A stretch of DNA of 64,000 nt from Candidatus Omnitrophota bacterium (GCA_028707125.1 JAQTUX010000001.1:608662-672661); one strand, 5' to 3'; counted from the first letter of the stretch, positions 35,028 to 45,347 are shown. A program made the numbers and translations. The notes: a model not told the origin generated them from the sequence alone.

Positions 35028-35038
35028 GAGGTGGGAAG

Positions 35039-35290
35039 ATGCCGTTTTTTGAACCGTTAGAAAAGATGGATCCCAAGCATGTTGATTTAGAAAGAGCAAG
35101 AAAATCGCTGCGCGAAGAACTTGAAGCAGTAGATTTTTATCAGGAACGGATTGACGCGACCAGCGATGAATCATTAAAACATCTTCTCGCGCATAATATG
35201 AATGAAGAGAAGGAACACGCGGCAATGCTTATGGAATGGATCAGGAAGAACGATCCGGTTCAAGATAAGATGTTTAAAGAGCACGATTAA
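35039..35290 (+). CDS. small ferritin-like / rubrerythrin-like helical protein
   Basis: EAVDFYQER and NEEKEHAAML (E..E..H metal motifs). 83 aa. Confidence 0.4.
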   Translation: MPFFEPLEKMDPKHVDLERARKSLREELEAVDFYQERIDATSDESLKHLLAHNMNEEKEHAAMLMEWIRKNDPVQDKMFKEHD

Positions 35291-35379
35291 GCCGTCATTT
35301 GCGCGGCGCTTTAAAGGCGGGAATAAATTAAGGATGACCCGGAAAAATTTTAGCGCGAAGAGGAAGAGGAGGTAAGAAA

Positions 35380-35832
35380 ATGCCTGCAGGGCATGAAAAG
35401 ACCAAGCAAAAGGCTTTCGGTTACGAGCTTCTTCTTGATCTTTATAATTGTAAGAAGGGGGTTTGCGATAATTTACTTCTTTGTTATCGATTTCTCGATG
35501 ATATCGTGATACATCTGGGGATGGAAAAACAATCTCCGCCGAGTATTTTTTTTACGGATGCAAAGCGCTTTCCTGATAAAGCCGGTCTTTCCGGATGGGT
35601 TCCCCTGGTGGAAAGCTCGATTGTAATCCATACTTTAAGCCTTAAGAATTTCATAACCATTGATATCTATTGTTGCCGGGATTTTGATGAGCAGAGTGCA
35701 TTGGATTTTTGTAAGCGGTATTTTTTACCTGACAGGGTGGAAACACAGTTTTTGTATAGAGGTATTGATTATTATGTTAAAAGAAGCGCTCAAGCAAAAC
35801 CGGCCGATCAAGCTTTAATCGGGATTTCTTAA
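35380..35832 (+). CDS. S-adenosylmethionine decarboxylase-like proenzyme (SpeH-type, pyruvoyl)
   Basis: GYELLLDLYNC and VESSIVIHTL...IDIYCC resemble the ES cleavage site and flanking motifs. Confidence 0.5.
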   Translation: MPAGHEKTKQKAFGYELLLDLYNCKKGVCDNLLLCYRFLDDIVIHLGMEKQSPPSIFFTDAKRFPDKAGLSGWVPLVESSIVIHTLSLKNFITIDIYCCRDFDEQSALDFCKRYFLPDRVETQFLYRGIDYYVKRSAQAKPADQALIGIS

Positions 35833-35855
35833 GGCGCTATAAGGAGGCGATTACT

Positions 35856-36056
35856 ATGCCAAGAGGAGATGGAACCGGCCCTATGGGGCAAGGATCGGGA
35901 ATGGGAAGGGGCATGGGTAGAGGCAGAAGAGGCGCGGCAGGCCCGGGAGGAAATTGTGTCTGTCCAGGTTGCGGGGCCAAAGTCACCCATCAGGCAGGCA
36001 CGCCTTGTGCCTCAATGAACTGCCCTAAATGCGGCATAAGGATGGTAAGAGAATAA
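35856..36056 (+). CDS. DUF5320-like protein with C-terminal zinc ribbon
   Basis: MPRGDGTGPMGQGSGMGRG..., CPGCG...CPKCG. Confidence 0.55.
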   Translation: MPRGDGTGPMGQGSGMGRGMGRGRRGAAGPGGNCVCPGCGAKVTHQAGTPCASMNCPKCGIRMVRE

Positions 36057-36066
36057 GGATCGGATT

Positions 36067-36678
36067 TTGGACAAAGAGGTTTTAGAGAATCATAAAAAGT
36101 ATTTAGAAAGAGCCCGCTTTTACCGAAGCTTCGGTTACGATTTAGAAAAGGAAAGAGATTTTATCCTCGATAGATCCCTGCCTATTTCCGGAGAGATACT
36201 TGAGATCGGTACCGGTAAAGGTCATTTTGCGCTTGCCTTGGCAAGGCGCGGCTATAGTTTTATAAGCGTAGATATTTCCAGGCAGGAACAAGAGATCGCT
36301 ATGTTAAACCTGCGGTATTCCGGTCTGGAAAGGCAGGCCATTTTTAAAATTGAGGATGCCGGGCATTTAAGTTTTTCAGACCGAAGCTTTGATACCATAT
36401 TTTCTATCAATGTCTTTCATCATTTAGAAAAACCCGTGGCAGTTTTAAATGAGATGGTCCGTCTTTTGCGCCAGGGCGGCAAAGCGGTCTTAAGCGATTT
36501 TAACGATAAAGGATTGGAGATAATTAACGCCTGTCATAGCGCTGAAGGACGCACGCATGATTATTTTAAACATCGTTTAAGTGAGGCAGGGGAGTATTTC
36601 ATTGTGAAAGGATTTGCTGTCAGGGAGTACCGGAGTGAAGTCCAGAAAGTACTTATAGCCGAACGAACTCAAGGATAA
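36067..36678 (+). CDS. class I SAM-dependent methyltransferase
   Basis: Motif I ILEIGTGKGHF. Confidence 0.7.
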   Translation: MDKEVLENHKKYLERARFYRSFGYDLEKERDFILDRSLPISGEILEIGTGKGHFALALARRGYSFISVDISRQEQEIAMLNLRYSGLERQAIFKIEDAGHLSFSDRSFDTIFSINVFHHLEKPVAVLNEMVRLLRQGGKAVLSDFNDKGLEIINACHSAEGRTHDYFKHRLSEAGEYFIVKGFAVREYRSEVQKVLIAERTQG

Positions 36679-36683
36679 GAAAT

Positions 36684-37538
36684 ATGGTTATTTCAGTGGC
36701 AAGCGGGAAAGGCGGAACAGGGAAGACGACGGTCGCGGTCAACCTGGCTTTATCTATTGATAATGTGCAATTCCTCGATTGCGATGTGGAAGAACCCAAC
36801 GCCCACATTTTTCTTAAACCCCAAATCAAAGAAAAGGAAAAGGCGTATATCCCTGTTCCTGAAATCGATGAATCAAAATGTAATTACTGCGGCAAATGCG
36901 CCCAAGTTTGCGTTTATAACGCTATAGCGATCCTTCCGTCGCAAAATGGGAAAAAGGGCGCTACCCTGGTATTCGCGCAGCTATGCCATGGATGCGGCGC
37001 CTGCAGCGCTCTCTGCCCTCAGGGCGCGATAAAAGAAGTCAATAGGGAGATCGGCGTTGTAGAGATGGGCAATCGCGGCGAAATAGAATTTGTTCATGGA
37101 AAACTTAATATCGGCGAAGCAATGTCTCCGCCGCTTATCCGGCAGGTCAAAGAGCATATAAATCCCGGGAAAACCGTTATTATAGACGTTCCTCCGGGTA
37201 CATCCTGCCCTGTAGTTGCTTCAATCAAAGGCAGTGACTTTTGCGTATTAGTTACTGAGCCGACCCCCTTTGGTTTGAATGACCTGATTTTAGCGGTTGA
37301 GGTATTAAGAAAGCTCAAAACCCCTTTTGGCGTCGTAATTAACCGCGCTGACTTAGGAAATACTGAAACCGAGGAATACTGCAGGAAAGAAAATATCCCT
37401 ATTTTAATGAGGATACCGTTTAAAAAAGAGATAGCCGTGGCTTATTCCACGGGAGAGCCTATGGTTAAGGCATTTCCGGAGTATAAGAAAGATTTTTATG
37501 GTCTTTTTAATACAATAAAAAATGGAAAACTTCGTTAA
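36684..37538 (+). CDS. MinD/Mrp-family P-loop ATPase with inserted 2x[4Fe-4S] ferredoxin domain
   Basis: SGKGGTGKTT. CNYCGKCAQVC and CHGCGACSALCP. Confidence 0.75.
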   Translation: MVISVASGKGGTGKTTVAVNLALSIDNVQFLDCDVEEPNAHIFLKPQIKEKEKAYIPVPEIDESKCNYCGKCAQVCVYNAIAILPSQNGKKGATLVFAQLCHGCGACSALCPQGAIKEVNREIGVVEMGNRGEIEFVHGKLNIGEAMSPPLIRQVKEHINPGKTVIIDVPPGTSCPVVASIKGSDFCVLVTEPTPFGLNDLILAVEVLRKLKTPFGVVINRADLGNTETEEYCRKENIPILMRIPFKKEIAVAYSTGEPMVKAFPEYKKDFYGLFNTIKNGKLR

Positions 37539-37550
37539 AGGAGCGATTCT

Positions 37551-38897
37551 ATGAATAAGAAAGCGGATATTCTTATCATCGGCGCCGGTCCCGCCGGAAT
37601 GGTAACCGCGGTTACAGCCAGGAGGTATTATACGGATAAGAATATTTTGGTGATAAAGGATGTAAATAATGGCTGTATTCCTTGCGGGATCCCGTATATG
37701 TTCTCGAGCCTAAAGAATCCCCAGGATAATATTTTGGGGACAGATGCTTTAGCGAAGAATAACATTAAAGTTGTGGTTGATGAGGCATTTAAGATCAACC
37801 GGGGCAAAAAGAGCGTGGAAACAAAAAAGGGCGATGAATACGCTTATGAAAAGTTGATTTTAGCCGCAGGTTCTTCGCCTATTATTCCAAAAATTCCCGG
37901 TATTGATAAGAAAGGCGTCTATCCCATACATAAAGACATGGATTATCTTAAAGCTTGCGTTGAAGAAATTAAAAAGGCAAAAAGCGTTTTGATTATAGGG
38001 GGAGGTTTTATAGGGGTAGAGTTTGCGGATGAGATTTCGAAACTCCCGGAAATTAGCGTGCATTTGGCAGAGGTTCTTCAGGGATTATTGGCGAATTCTT
38101 TTGATAGGGATTTTTCATCATTGGTTGAAGAAAAACTGAAAAGTAAAGGCGTTAATATTATCTTAAATAGCAAGATTGTTGAGATTTTGGGTAAGGGAAA
38201 GGTAGAAGGCGTACGGTTTGAGAATGGCAAGGATTTAAAGGTGGATAGCATTATTTTAGGGATAGGCGCGCTTCCTAATACAAAGCTTGCAACTGACGCG
38301 GATTTGGACTTAGGCAAGGGAAAGGGGCTGTGGGTGGATGAATATATGCGTACTTCTGATCCCGATATTTTTGCGGTAGGGGATTGCGCGGGCAAAAGAG
38401 ATTTTTATACGCGCAGGGATACTGCGGTTATGCTTGCTTCAACCGCTACTGCTGAAGCAAGGGTCGCGGGAGCGAATCTTTATCAATTAAAGGTTGTGCG
38501 CGAAAATAAAGGGACAATCGCAATCTACTCCACATATGTGGATGGGCTGGTTTTAGGTTCGGCAGGGCTTACGGAAACAAGCGCTAAAAAGGAGGGGTTT
38601 GAAATTATAATAGGAAACACGGAAGGGGTAGACAAGCATCCCAAGAGTTTACCCGGGGCAAATAAGGTTAAAGTGAGATTGATTTTCGCTAAACAGTCCG
38701 GGATATTAATGGGAGGGCAGGTTTTTGGAGGGATATCCGCGGGAGAGATGATTAATATTATCGGCATGGCCATTCAAAAAAGAGTTTCTATTACAGAATT
38801 AGAGACATTGCAGATGGCAACGCATCCATATTTGACAAGCGCGCCTACTATGTATCCGATTGTATTAGCGGCTCAGGATGCTTTGGGCAAGATGTAG
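37551..38897 (+). CDS. FAD-dependent pyridine nucleotide-disulfide oxidoreductase (NADH oxidase / CoA-disulfide reductase-like)
   Basis: ILIIGAGPAGMVTA. Second Rossmann motif LIIGGGFIGVEFA. Confidence 0.75.
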   Translation: MNKKADILIIGAGPAGMVTAVTARRYYTDKNILVIKDVNNGCIPCGIPYMFSSLKNPQDNILGTDALAKNNIKVVVDEAFKINRGKKSVETKKGDEYAYEKLILAAGSSPIIPKIPGIDKKGVYPIHKDMDYLKACVEEIKKAKSVLIIGGGFIGVEFADEISKLPEISVHLAEVLQGLLANSFDRDFSSLVEEKLKSKGVNIILNSKIVEILGKGKVEGVRFENGKDLKVDSIILGIGALPNTKLATDADLDLGKGKGLWVDEYMRTSDPDIFAVGDCAGKRDFYTRRDTAVMLASTATAEARVAGANLYQLKVVRENKGTIAIYSTYVDGLVLGSAGLTETSAKKEGFEIIIGNTEGVDKHPKSLPGANKVKVRLIFAKQSGILMGGQVFGGISAGEMINIIGMAIQKRVSITELETLQMATHPYLTSAPTMYPIVLAAQDALGKM

Positions 38898-38899
38898 TT

Positions 38900-39778
38900 T
38901 TGAGTTTTGGAGCATATATGAAACAGATAGTTATCATTAGCGGAAAGGGCGGTACGGGCAAGACCGTAATTACCGGAGCGTTTGCCGCGTTAGCAAAGAA
39001 TAAGGTCATGGCTGACTGCGATGTTGATGCCGCGGATTTACATTTATTATTGCAGCCAGAGATCAAAGAACGCCATGATTTCAGGAGCGGCCTGAGCGCC
39101 TCGATTGATAAAAAAACCTGCTTGAAGTGCGGACAATGCCTTGCGGCCTGCAGATTCAGCGCGATAAGCGATGATTTCGTGATTGACCCTGTTTCCTGCG
39201 AAGGGTGCGCTTTTTGCAGCCATATTTGTCCGGTTGGCGCTATAAGAATGGAAGAGAATCTTGCAGGTGAATGGTTTATTTCAGAAACGCGATTCGGCCC
39301 TATGGTGCACGCGAAACTCGGCATTGCCGAAGAGAATTCCGGGAAACTTGTTTCTCTGGTAAGGAAGCAGGCAAAAGAACTGGCAGAGAAGCGTAATTGC
39401 GATTGGGTGATCATTGACGGGGCCCCGGGCATAGGATGCCCTGTTATCGCGTCTCTTTCCGGCATTGATTACGCGGTAGTGGTCACAGAGCCCACCCTTT
39501 CCGGGCTTCACGACGCGGACAGGGTTATAGGTGTGGCCAGGCATTTCGGCATCGCAAGCAAGTTGATAATAAACAAATATGATATTAACGTTGATATGAC
39601 AGGGAAAATAGAGGGGTATTGCAGGAATAATAATCTTGATTTGATCGGGAAGGTCCCCTTTGATAAATCTATAGTAGAGGCGATGGTCGAAGGTAAGACC
39701 ATAATAGAATATGGCATCGGCAAGGCCGGGCATGAAATTATGCGTGCCTGGCAGGCAATACAGGATAGCCTGAAATAA
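38900..39778 (+). CDS. second MinD/Mrp-family ATPase with 4Fe-4S ferredoxin domain
   Basis: SGKGGTGKTV. CLKCGQCLAAC and CEGCAFCSHICP. Confidence 0.75.
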   Translation: MSFGAYMKQIVIISGKGGTGKTVITGAFAALAKNKVMADCDVDAADLHLLLQPEIKERHDFRSGLSASIDKKTCLKCGQCLAACRFSAISDDFVIDPVSCEGCAFCSHICPVGAIRMEENLAGEWFISETRFGPMVHAKLGIAEENSGKLVSLVRKQAKELAEKRNCDWVIIDGAPGIGCPVIASLSGIDYAVVVTEPTLSGLHDADRVIGVARHFGIASKLIINKYDINVDMTGKIEGYCRNNNLDLIGKVPFDKSIVEAMVEGKTIIEYGIGKAGHEIMRAWQAIQDSLK

Positions 39779-39800
39779 CCTGTTCAAGAGGGAGGATGAA

Positions 39801-40406
39801 ATGGAAAATATTCATCAAAGGTTTTCTGATAAGTTCGGGAGCCATTGGATTAAGGTGAAATTTTACCGGGAGAAACCGGAGTGCGAAGCTAAACGATTAA
39901 AGGGGGTAAGATTTTGCGAGGCAACAAAAGAGGCGATTTTATACCCCGTTTTGCTGGATAAGGAGAGCGTTATATGCTCCGGCGCGCAGCATGCCTTTGG
40001 CTGGAACGCTCTTTCCCAAGACATGCTTTTGCAGGGCTGCGGCGATAAGAGAGGCGCGCAGGCGGATACCCTGGAATCTATACTGTCACGATCGCCTCGC
40101 TTACAAGACGCCTTCGAGCATATAGGGCTGAATACCGAAGATGCCCCTGACCTTGTTATGTCGTATATGCCGCCCCAGCAGGTTATGGAATTGATAAAGG
40201 TCTATCATAATAAAAAAGGCAGCAGCCTGGATGTTTCTCTGTGTACAATGATGGCTGTTTGCGGGGGGATAGCGGTAAGGACATATTTAGAGGAAAAGAT
40301 AAGTTTTTCCTTTGGTTGTGATGATTCACGCAGGTTAGCCGACATGCGAAGGGATAAATTGGCGGTCGGTATCCCGAGAAGGATGTTCGACCTATTCGTG
40401 GATTAA
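39801..40406 (+). CDS. hypothetical protein (possibly DUF169-like)
   Basis: 201 aa, several Cys. No confident motif. Confidence 0.35.
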   Translation: MENIHQRFSDKFGSHWIKVKFYREKPECEAKRLKGVRFCEATKEAILYPVLLDKESVICSGAQHAFGWNALSQDMLLQGCGDKRGAQADTLESILSRSPRLQDAFEHIGLNTEDAPDLVMSYMPPQQVMELIKVYHNKKGSSLDVSLCTMMAVCGGIAVRTYLEEKISFSFGCDDSRRLADMRRDKLAVGIPRRMFDLFVD

Positions 40407-40419
40407 ATATAAGGTTTGA

Positions 40420-41199
40420 ATGAGTAGTAAAACTTATAAATATATTTATGGGCCTGTGCCTTCCTGGCGGCTGGGCAGTTCACTGGGGATAGACCCTCTT
40501 TCGCAGGGCGCAAAGGTATGCACATTTAACTGCATTTACTGCCAATTGGGCACAGGCGGGATTTTTACCGGTGAACGAAAGGCGCTGGTTCCGGCGGCAG
40601 AGATAATGGATGAATTGGATTCGCTGCCGCCGTTGACTATAGATTATATAACCTTTTCCGGCACCGGTGAGCCTACCTTAGCCGGCAACTTAGGACAAAT
40701 GATAAAGGCCGTAAAAAAAATAAGGAACGAAAAGGTCGCGGTGCTGACAAATTCTTCGTTGATACACAGAGAAGACGTTCAAAAGGACATATTTTGCGCG
40801 GATTTTGTTGTTGCCAAATTAGACGCTGTTTCGCAAAAGGTATTTGAGCTGGTTAACCAACCGATGAAAGATATTAAGGTCGATACTATTATCCAGGCAA
40901 TAAAAGATTTTAAAAGCCGTTATTTGGGAAAATTGGCATTGCAGATTATGTTTATAGAGCAAAATAAAAATCATGCTCCGGAGATCGCGAAGATCGCAAA
41001 AGAGATAAATCCTGATGAAGTCCAGCTTAATACGCCTCTTAGGCCGTGCAGAGTAAAGCCTCTGTCCAGGCAAGAATTGGATGAAATAAAAAGATATTTT
41101 GAAGGTTTAAAGGTAATATCTGTTTATGAAGCCGGGATAAAAAAGGTTAAGCCCGTAAGCGATGAAGACACATTGAAAAGAAGGGGCAAGGTTAAATAA
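40420..41199 (+). CDS. radical SAM protein
   Basis: CTFNCIYCQ (CxxxCxxC). FSGTGEP SAM-binding motif. Confidence 0.8.
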   Translation: MSSKTYKYIYGPVPSWRLGSSLGIDPLSQGAKVCTFNCIYCQLGTGGIFTGERKALVPAAEIMDELDSLPPLTIDYITFSGTGEPTLAGNLGQMIKAVKKIRNEKVAVLTNSSLIHREDVQKDIFCADFVVAKLDAVSQKVFELVNQPMKDIKVDTIIQAIKDFKSRYLGKLALQIMFIEQNKNHAPEIAKIAKEINPDEVQLNTPLRPCRVKPLSRQELDEIKRYFEGLKVISVYEAGIKKVKPVSDEDTLKRRGKVK

Positions 41200-41270
41200 T
41201 GCAATGCCGGTCAGGCGCAGATATCCAGGCCCAGGATAATTGTGTTAGACGATAAGAATAGGATAAAAGC

Positions 41271-42170
41271 ATGAAGACCTATTTAGATTGCGTCCCTTGC
41301 TTCTTCCGCCAGGCGCTGGAGGGCGCGCGAATCGTTCAGGCATCGCCAAAACAACAAAAGCAGATTATAGACGCATTTGCCAGGAAGATACCGGAGATTT
41401 CGCTTGAAGCCAGCCCTCCCGAAATAGCCGGGTTTGGATACGCCCTTTTAAAAAGAATAAGCCCCAACGGCGATCCTTATAAACAAATAAAGCAAAGAAG
41501 CAATCGTATTGCTTTACGGCTATTAGGTAAATTAAGGAATAAAATTGATCATTCCCGGGACCGAATCTTGGCAGCGTTAGAGCTGGCAATTGCCGGCAAT
41601 ATTATAGATTTTGGCGTTAAAAATAATTTAAATGTAAAAGCGGAATTGAAGAGGATACTCGCGCAAGAACGTAAGAGCATTCATAGAAAATCCATATTTC
41701 ATTATTCAGAATTCAGGCGGGCATTAAAAGGGGCGGTAGATATTTTATATCTGGCTGATAATGCCGGAGAGGTTGTCTTCGACCGGGTTTTAATTGAAGA
41801 AATGAAAAAAGAGTATCCGGATAAGAATATTTATTACGCTGTTAAGGCAAGGCCTATTATAAATGACGCCTTGCTAGAAGACGCAAAGGCCTGCGGAATT
41901 GATAAAGAGGCAAGGGTGATCTCTAACGGTACTGAAGCCCCGGGCACGATACTTTCCTTATGCTCAAAAGAATTTAAGCGGATTTATAAGAGCGCTGATT
42001 TAGTAATCAGCAAGGGCCAGGGAAATTTCGAATCTTTATCACAAGAAAAAAGGCCTATTTTTTTCTTGTTTATGGTCAAATGCCCGGTGGTGGCAAAGGA
42101 AACCGGCTGTAAAATGGGGAATATAGTATTACTCTATAATTTAAAGAAAAATGGAACCCTTAAAAATTAA
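41271..42170 (+). CDS. DUF89 / ARMT1-like damage-control phosphatase family protein
   Basis: N-terminal CVPC motif and overall size typical of DUF89. Confidence 0.55.
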   Translation: MKTYLDCVPCFFRQALEGARIVQASPKQQKQIIDAFARKIPEISLEASPPEIAGFGYALLKRISPNGDPYKQIKQRSNRIALRLLGKLRNKIDHSRDRILAALELAIAGNIIDFGVKNNLNVKAELKRILAQERKSIHRKSIFHYSEFRRALKGAVDILYLADNAGEVVFDRVLIEEMKKEYPDKNIYYAVKARPIINDALLEDAKACGIDKEARVISNGTEAPGTILSLCSKEFKRIYKSADLVISKGQGNFESLSQEKRPIFFLFMVKCPVVAKETGCKMGNIVLLYNLKKNGTLKN

Positions 42171-42651
42171 GAAATACCCCGATAGCGTTTTACGGAACAA
42201 ATCTCTGGATGTAAAAGAAATTACCGATAAAGAAACCAGGCTTTTTGAGGAGATGTTCTTTACTATGCGTCATTTTGCCGGTATTGGTTTAGCGGCCCCG
42301 CAAATCGGGATTTTAAAAAGATTGATAGTTGTGGATATAGGTGAAGGCCCGATAAGATTGGCCGACCCGGTAATCTTAAATACAAAAGGATCGGATAAAA
42401 TGGAGGAGGGATGCCTGAGTATTCCCGGCATAGGTGTTATTATAGACAGGCCGAATGAAATTATTGTAAGCGGTTTGAATGAGTCAGGGATGGCAGTTGA
42501 ATTCAAGGCGCAGGGGCTTTTGGCAAGGGTGCTCCAGCATGAGATAGATCACTTAAGCGGAAGATTAATCATAGATTATTTGGGCCTGTTAGAAAAGTTC
42601 AAATTAAGGCTGCATACAAGAAGGAGGGGCAGGAAATATGCCGATTTATGA
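42151..42651 (+). CDS. def: peptide deformylase
   Basis: GIGLAAPQIG, EGCLSIPG, QHEIDHL. Confidence 0.9.
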   Translation: MEPLKIKKYPDSVLRNKSLDVKEITDKETRLFEEMFFTMRHFAGIGLAAPQIGILKRLIVVDIGEGPIRLADPVILNTKGSDKMEEGCLSIPGIGVIIDRPNEIIVSGLNESGMAVEFKAQGLLARVLQHEIDHLSGRLIIDYLGLLEKFKLRLHTRRRGRKYADL

Positions 42652-42886
42652 ATATAAATGCAGGGATTGCGGTAAAGTGAGCGAGTTTTTGATCGGAGTT
42701 ACTAATGACGCCGTTGAAATCAGGTGTAGTTTCTGCAACAGCGGTAATTTAGATAAAATATTTTCCTCGAGTTTCGTGTCTAAAGGCGGCCGCATAATTG
42801 GCTCTCAGGGAGGGCAAACCTGCTGCGGCAGGACGGAAAGGTGCGATACGCCGCCTTGTTCAGGAGACGGGGTTTGTAAAAGATGA
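42638..42886 (+). CDS. FmdB-family zinc-ribbon protein
   Basis: MPIYEYKCRDCG...CSFCNS. Confidence 0.75.
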   Translation: MPIYEYKCRDCGKVSEFLIGVTNDAVEIRCSFCNSGNLDKIFSSSFVSKGGRIIGSQGGQTCCGRTERCDTPPCSGDGVCKR

Positions 42887-42941
42887 AATCAGCCTGATCG
42901 CCATTAGCGATGCAATGATCGGGAAGCGGCAAGGGGGGTGA

Positions 42942-43586
42942 ATGTTGAAACAAATCTCTCAAGAATTAAAAAGACACACTCCTTTTACTATCTTTGGAGC
43001 AATAACAGGTATTGTAATAATGCTCATTTTCCAAAGATTTCCATCAAAGGCAGCCTACAATATTTTTTACATCTTACATCCTATCCACGTGGTTTTAAGC
43101 GCGCTTGTTACCTCCGCTATATATAAACTGCATTCTTGTCCTCCCGGCAGGCATATAAAAGGCAAATGTAACCTCTGGATGTTATTTATAATTGGTTATA
43201 TAGGCTCTGTAGGCATTGCCACGATCAGCGATTCCATTATTCCCTACTTAGGAGAAGTATTGCTTAAAATGCCAAAAAGAGAAATACATTTAGGTTTTAT
43301 TGAGAAATGGTGGCTGATTAATCCGCTGGCAATATCAGGCATTATCATCGCGTATTTTAAGCCGACAACCAAGTTCCCTCACGCAGGGCATGTTTTAATC
43401 AGCACCTGGGCATCGCTCTTTCATATCATTATGGCGACAGGCCAAGAATTAAATTTAGTTTCTTATATCGTCGTACTTTTATTTTTGTTTCTTGCTGTCT
43501 GGCTTCCCTGTTGCGTAAGTGATTTTATATTTCCTTTACTTTTTGTTAAGGAAGCAAAGATGACATTTCAAAAGAAAGGGGGATGA
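42942..43586 (+). CDS. hypothetical polytopic membrane protein
   Basis: 214 aa, 5-6 TM helices. Confidence 0.5.
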   Translation: MLKQISQELKRHTPFTIFGAITGIVIMLIFQRFPSKAAYNIFYILHPIHVVLSALVTSAIYKLHSCPPGRHIKGKCNLWMLFIIGYIGSVGIATISDSIIPYLGEVLLKMPKREIHLGFIEKWWLINPLAISGIIIAYFKPTTKFPHAGHVLISTWASLFHIIMATGQELNLVSYIVVLLFLFLAVWLPCCVSDFIFPLLFVKEAKMTFQKKGG

Positions 43587-43668
43587 GAAATGGAAATTAA
43601 TGTAAATGACAAGAATCTTAAACAAGAGGTATTGGAATCAAATACCTCTTTAATTAGAGCGTATTCAG

Positions 43669-43995
43669 GTGAAGACGATGGCAGATTTTAAGCAGATTGA
43701 TGAAGCGAGGAAATTATTAGGATTAGGGGAATACGCAAGTTTGGAGGAAATAAAAGACGCTTACCGCGATCTTAGCCTGAAGTATCATCCTGATCGATGT
43801 AAAGAGGCGGACAAAAAGCGCTGCGAGGAGGCGTTCAAAAAGATAAACCATGCGATGGATATTATCGGCAGCTACTGCGCAAATTACCGCTATTCTTTTA
43901 ATGAGAAAGAGGTCAGGAAAAACAGCATGTCGAAAGAGGAATATGAACACCTTAAGAGGTTTTTCGACGGCCTGTTTGGAGATCTGGATTTATGA
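43669..43995 (+). CDS. J-domain protein
   Basis: YRDLSLKYHPDR (HPD motif). Confidence 0.75.
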   Translation: MKTMADFKQIDEARKLLGLGEYASLEEIKDAYRDLSLKYHPDRCKEADKKRCEEAFKKINHAMDIIGSYCANYRYSFNEKEVRKNSMSKEEYEHLKRFFDGLFGDLDL

Positions 43996-44612
43996 CTCAT
44001 GTTTTCGATAGATATTATAAGAAATATGATGCCTGGTATGACAGGCATAGATTCGCGTTTTTATCGGAACTGGAGGCCATAAAAAAGGTGCTGCCGCGAG
44101 ATGGAAAAGGGCTGGAAATTGGCGTAGGCACAGGCAGGTTTGCCGCTGCTTTAGGCATTACAACGGGGATAGACCCTTCGCGTAATATGCTTGAGATCGC
44201 TCAGGAGAGAGGCGTGAATGTCCGTTTTGGTTTCGGTGAAGACGTCCCTTTTTTAAACGATACCTTTGATCGCGTGGCGATTATTATTACTTTATGTTTT
44301 GTAAAAGACCCTCAAAAAGTTCTTAAAGAAGCCAAAAGGGTCTTGAAAAAAAGCGGCAGGATTATTATCGGCATCATAGATAAGGATAGTTTCTTAGGTA
44401 AATTCTATCAGAGAAAGAAAAGTATTTTTTATAAGCGGGCAAGGTTTTTCAGCGTTAAAGAGGCCGCGCGGTTGCTCAAAGAGGCAGGGTTTATTAATCT
44501 CTCTTATTATCAGACATTATTCAGGACTCCGGATAAGGTGGATTCAATTGAGAAACCCAAAAGAGGTTTTGGTAAGGGCGGTTTTGTGGCGATATCGGGA
44601 GAAAAGAGATGA
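43992..44612 (+). CDS. class I SAM-dependent methyltransferase
   Basis: LEIGVGTGRF motif I. Confidence 0.7.
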   Translation: MTHVFDRYYKKYDAWYDRHRFAFLSELEAIKKVLPRDGKGLEIGVGTGRFAAALGITTGIDPSRNMLEIAQERGVNVRFGFGEDVPFLNDTFDRVAIIITLCFVKDPQKVLKEAKRVLKKSGRIIIGIIDKDSFLGKFYQRKKSIFYKRARFFSVKEAARLLKEAGFINLSYYQTLFRTPDKVDSIEKPKRGFGKGGFVAISGEKR

Positions 44613-44636
44613 GAGGTACTAACAGGTTTAACTCAA

Positions 44637-45347
44637 ATGCAAATAAAAGTTATTTTTGATAAGAATGTTTCAAGCAGTGACATTTGCGCGGGTTGGGGCC
44701 TTTCGTTCTTGATAGACAACAGGGTCCTTTTTGACACCGGGCCCAGGGAAAGCTGTTTTCTCAGTAATATAGAGGCTTTGGGGGTAGATATTGATGAGTT
44801 AGAGGCAGTAGTAATATCCCATGAACACTGGGACCATGAGGGCGGATTGCCGGCAGTGCTGAAACGTAACAATAGGCTTAAGGTTTATGCCTGCCCCGGC
44901 TTTAGCAGGGAGTTCAAGCGAAGAGTAAGATCTTACGGAGCAGAATTAGTCGAAGCGGACAAGGTTGTTTCGATATGTAAAGATGTATGGAGCACAGGGG
45001 AGTTGCCCGGATTATATATCTTTCGCTATCTGCCCGAACAGTCGTTGGTCTTGAAAACGCAAAAGGGCCTGACTATAATGACCGGCTGCGCGCATCCGGG
45101 GATCGTAAAGATCATAGAGTATGTTAAACAAAATATTCCGGGGAATATCCATCTTGTATTGGGTGGTTATCATTTGATGGATAGGCCTAAAATGGTGATC
45201 GCGAGCATAGTGAGGAAGTTCAAGCGGCTGGGTGTTGAAAGGGCAGCGCCCTCTCATTGCTCCGGACAGAATGCCATAATGTTGTTTCGTAGAGAATACG
45301 GCAGTAATTTTTCCGAGGTAAAAGTAGGGGGGATTATAGAGATATAA
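44637..45347 (+). CDS. MBL-fold metallo-hydrolase
   Basis: HEHWDHEGG (HxHxDH). Confidence 0.75.
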   Translation: MQIKVIFDKNVSSSDICAGWGLSFLIDNRVLFDTGPRESCFLSNIEALGVDIDELEAVVISHEHWDHEGGLPAVLKRNNRLKVYACPGFSREFKRRVRSYGAELVEADKVVSICKDVWSTGELPGLYIFRYLPEQSLVLKTQKGLTIMTGCAHPGIVKIIEYVKQNIPGNIHLVLGGYHLMDRPKMVIASIVRKFKRLGVERAAPSHCSGQNAIMLFRREYGSNFSEVKVGGIIEI

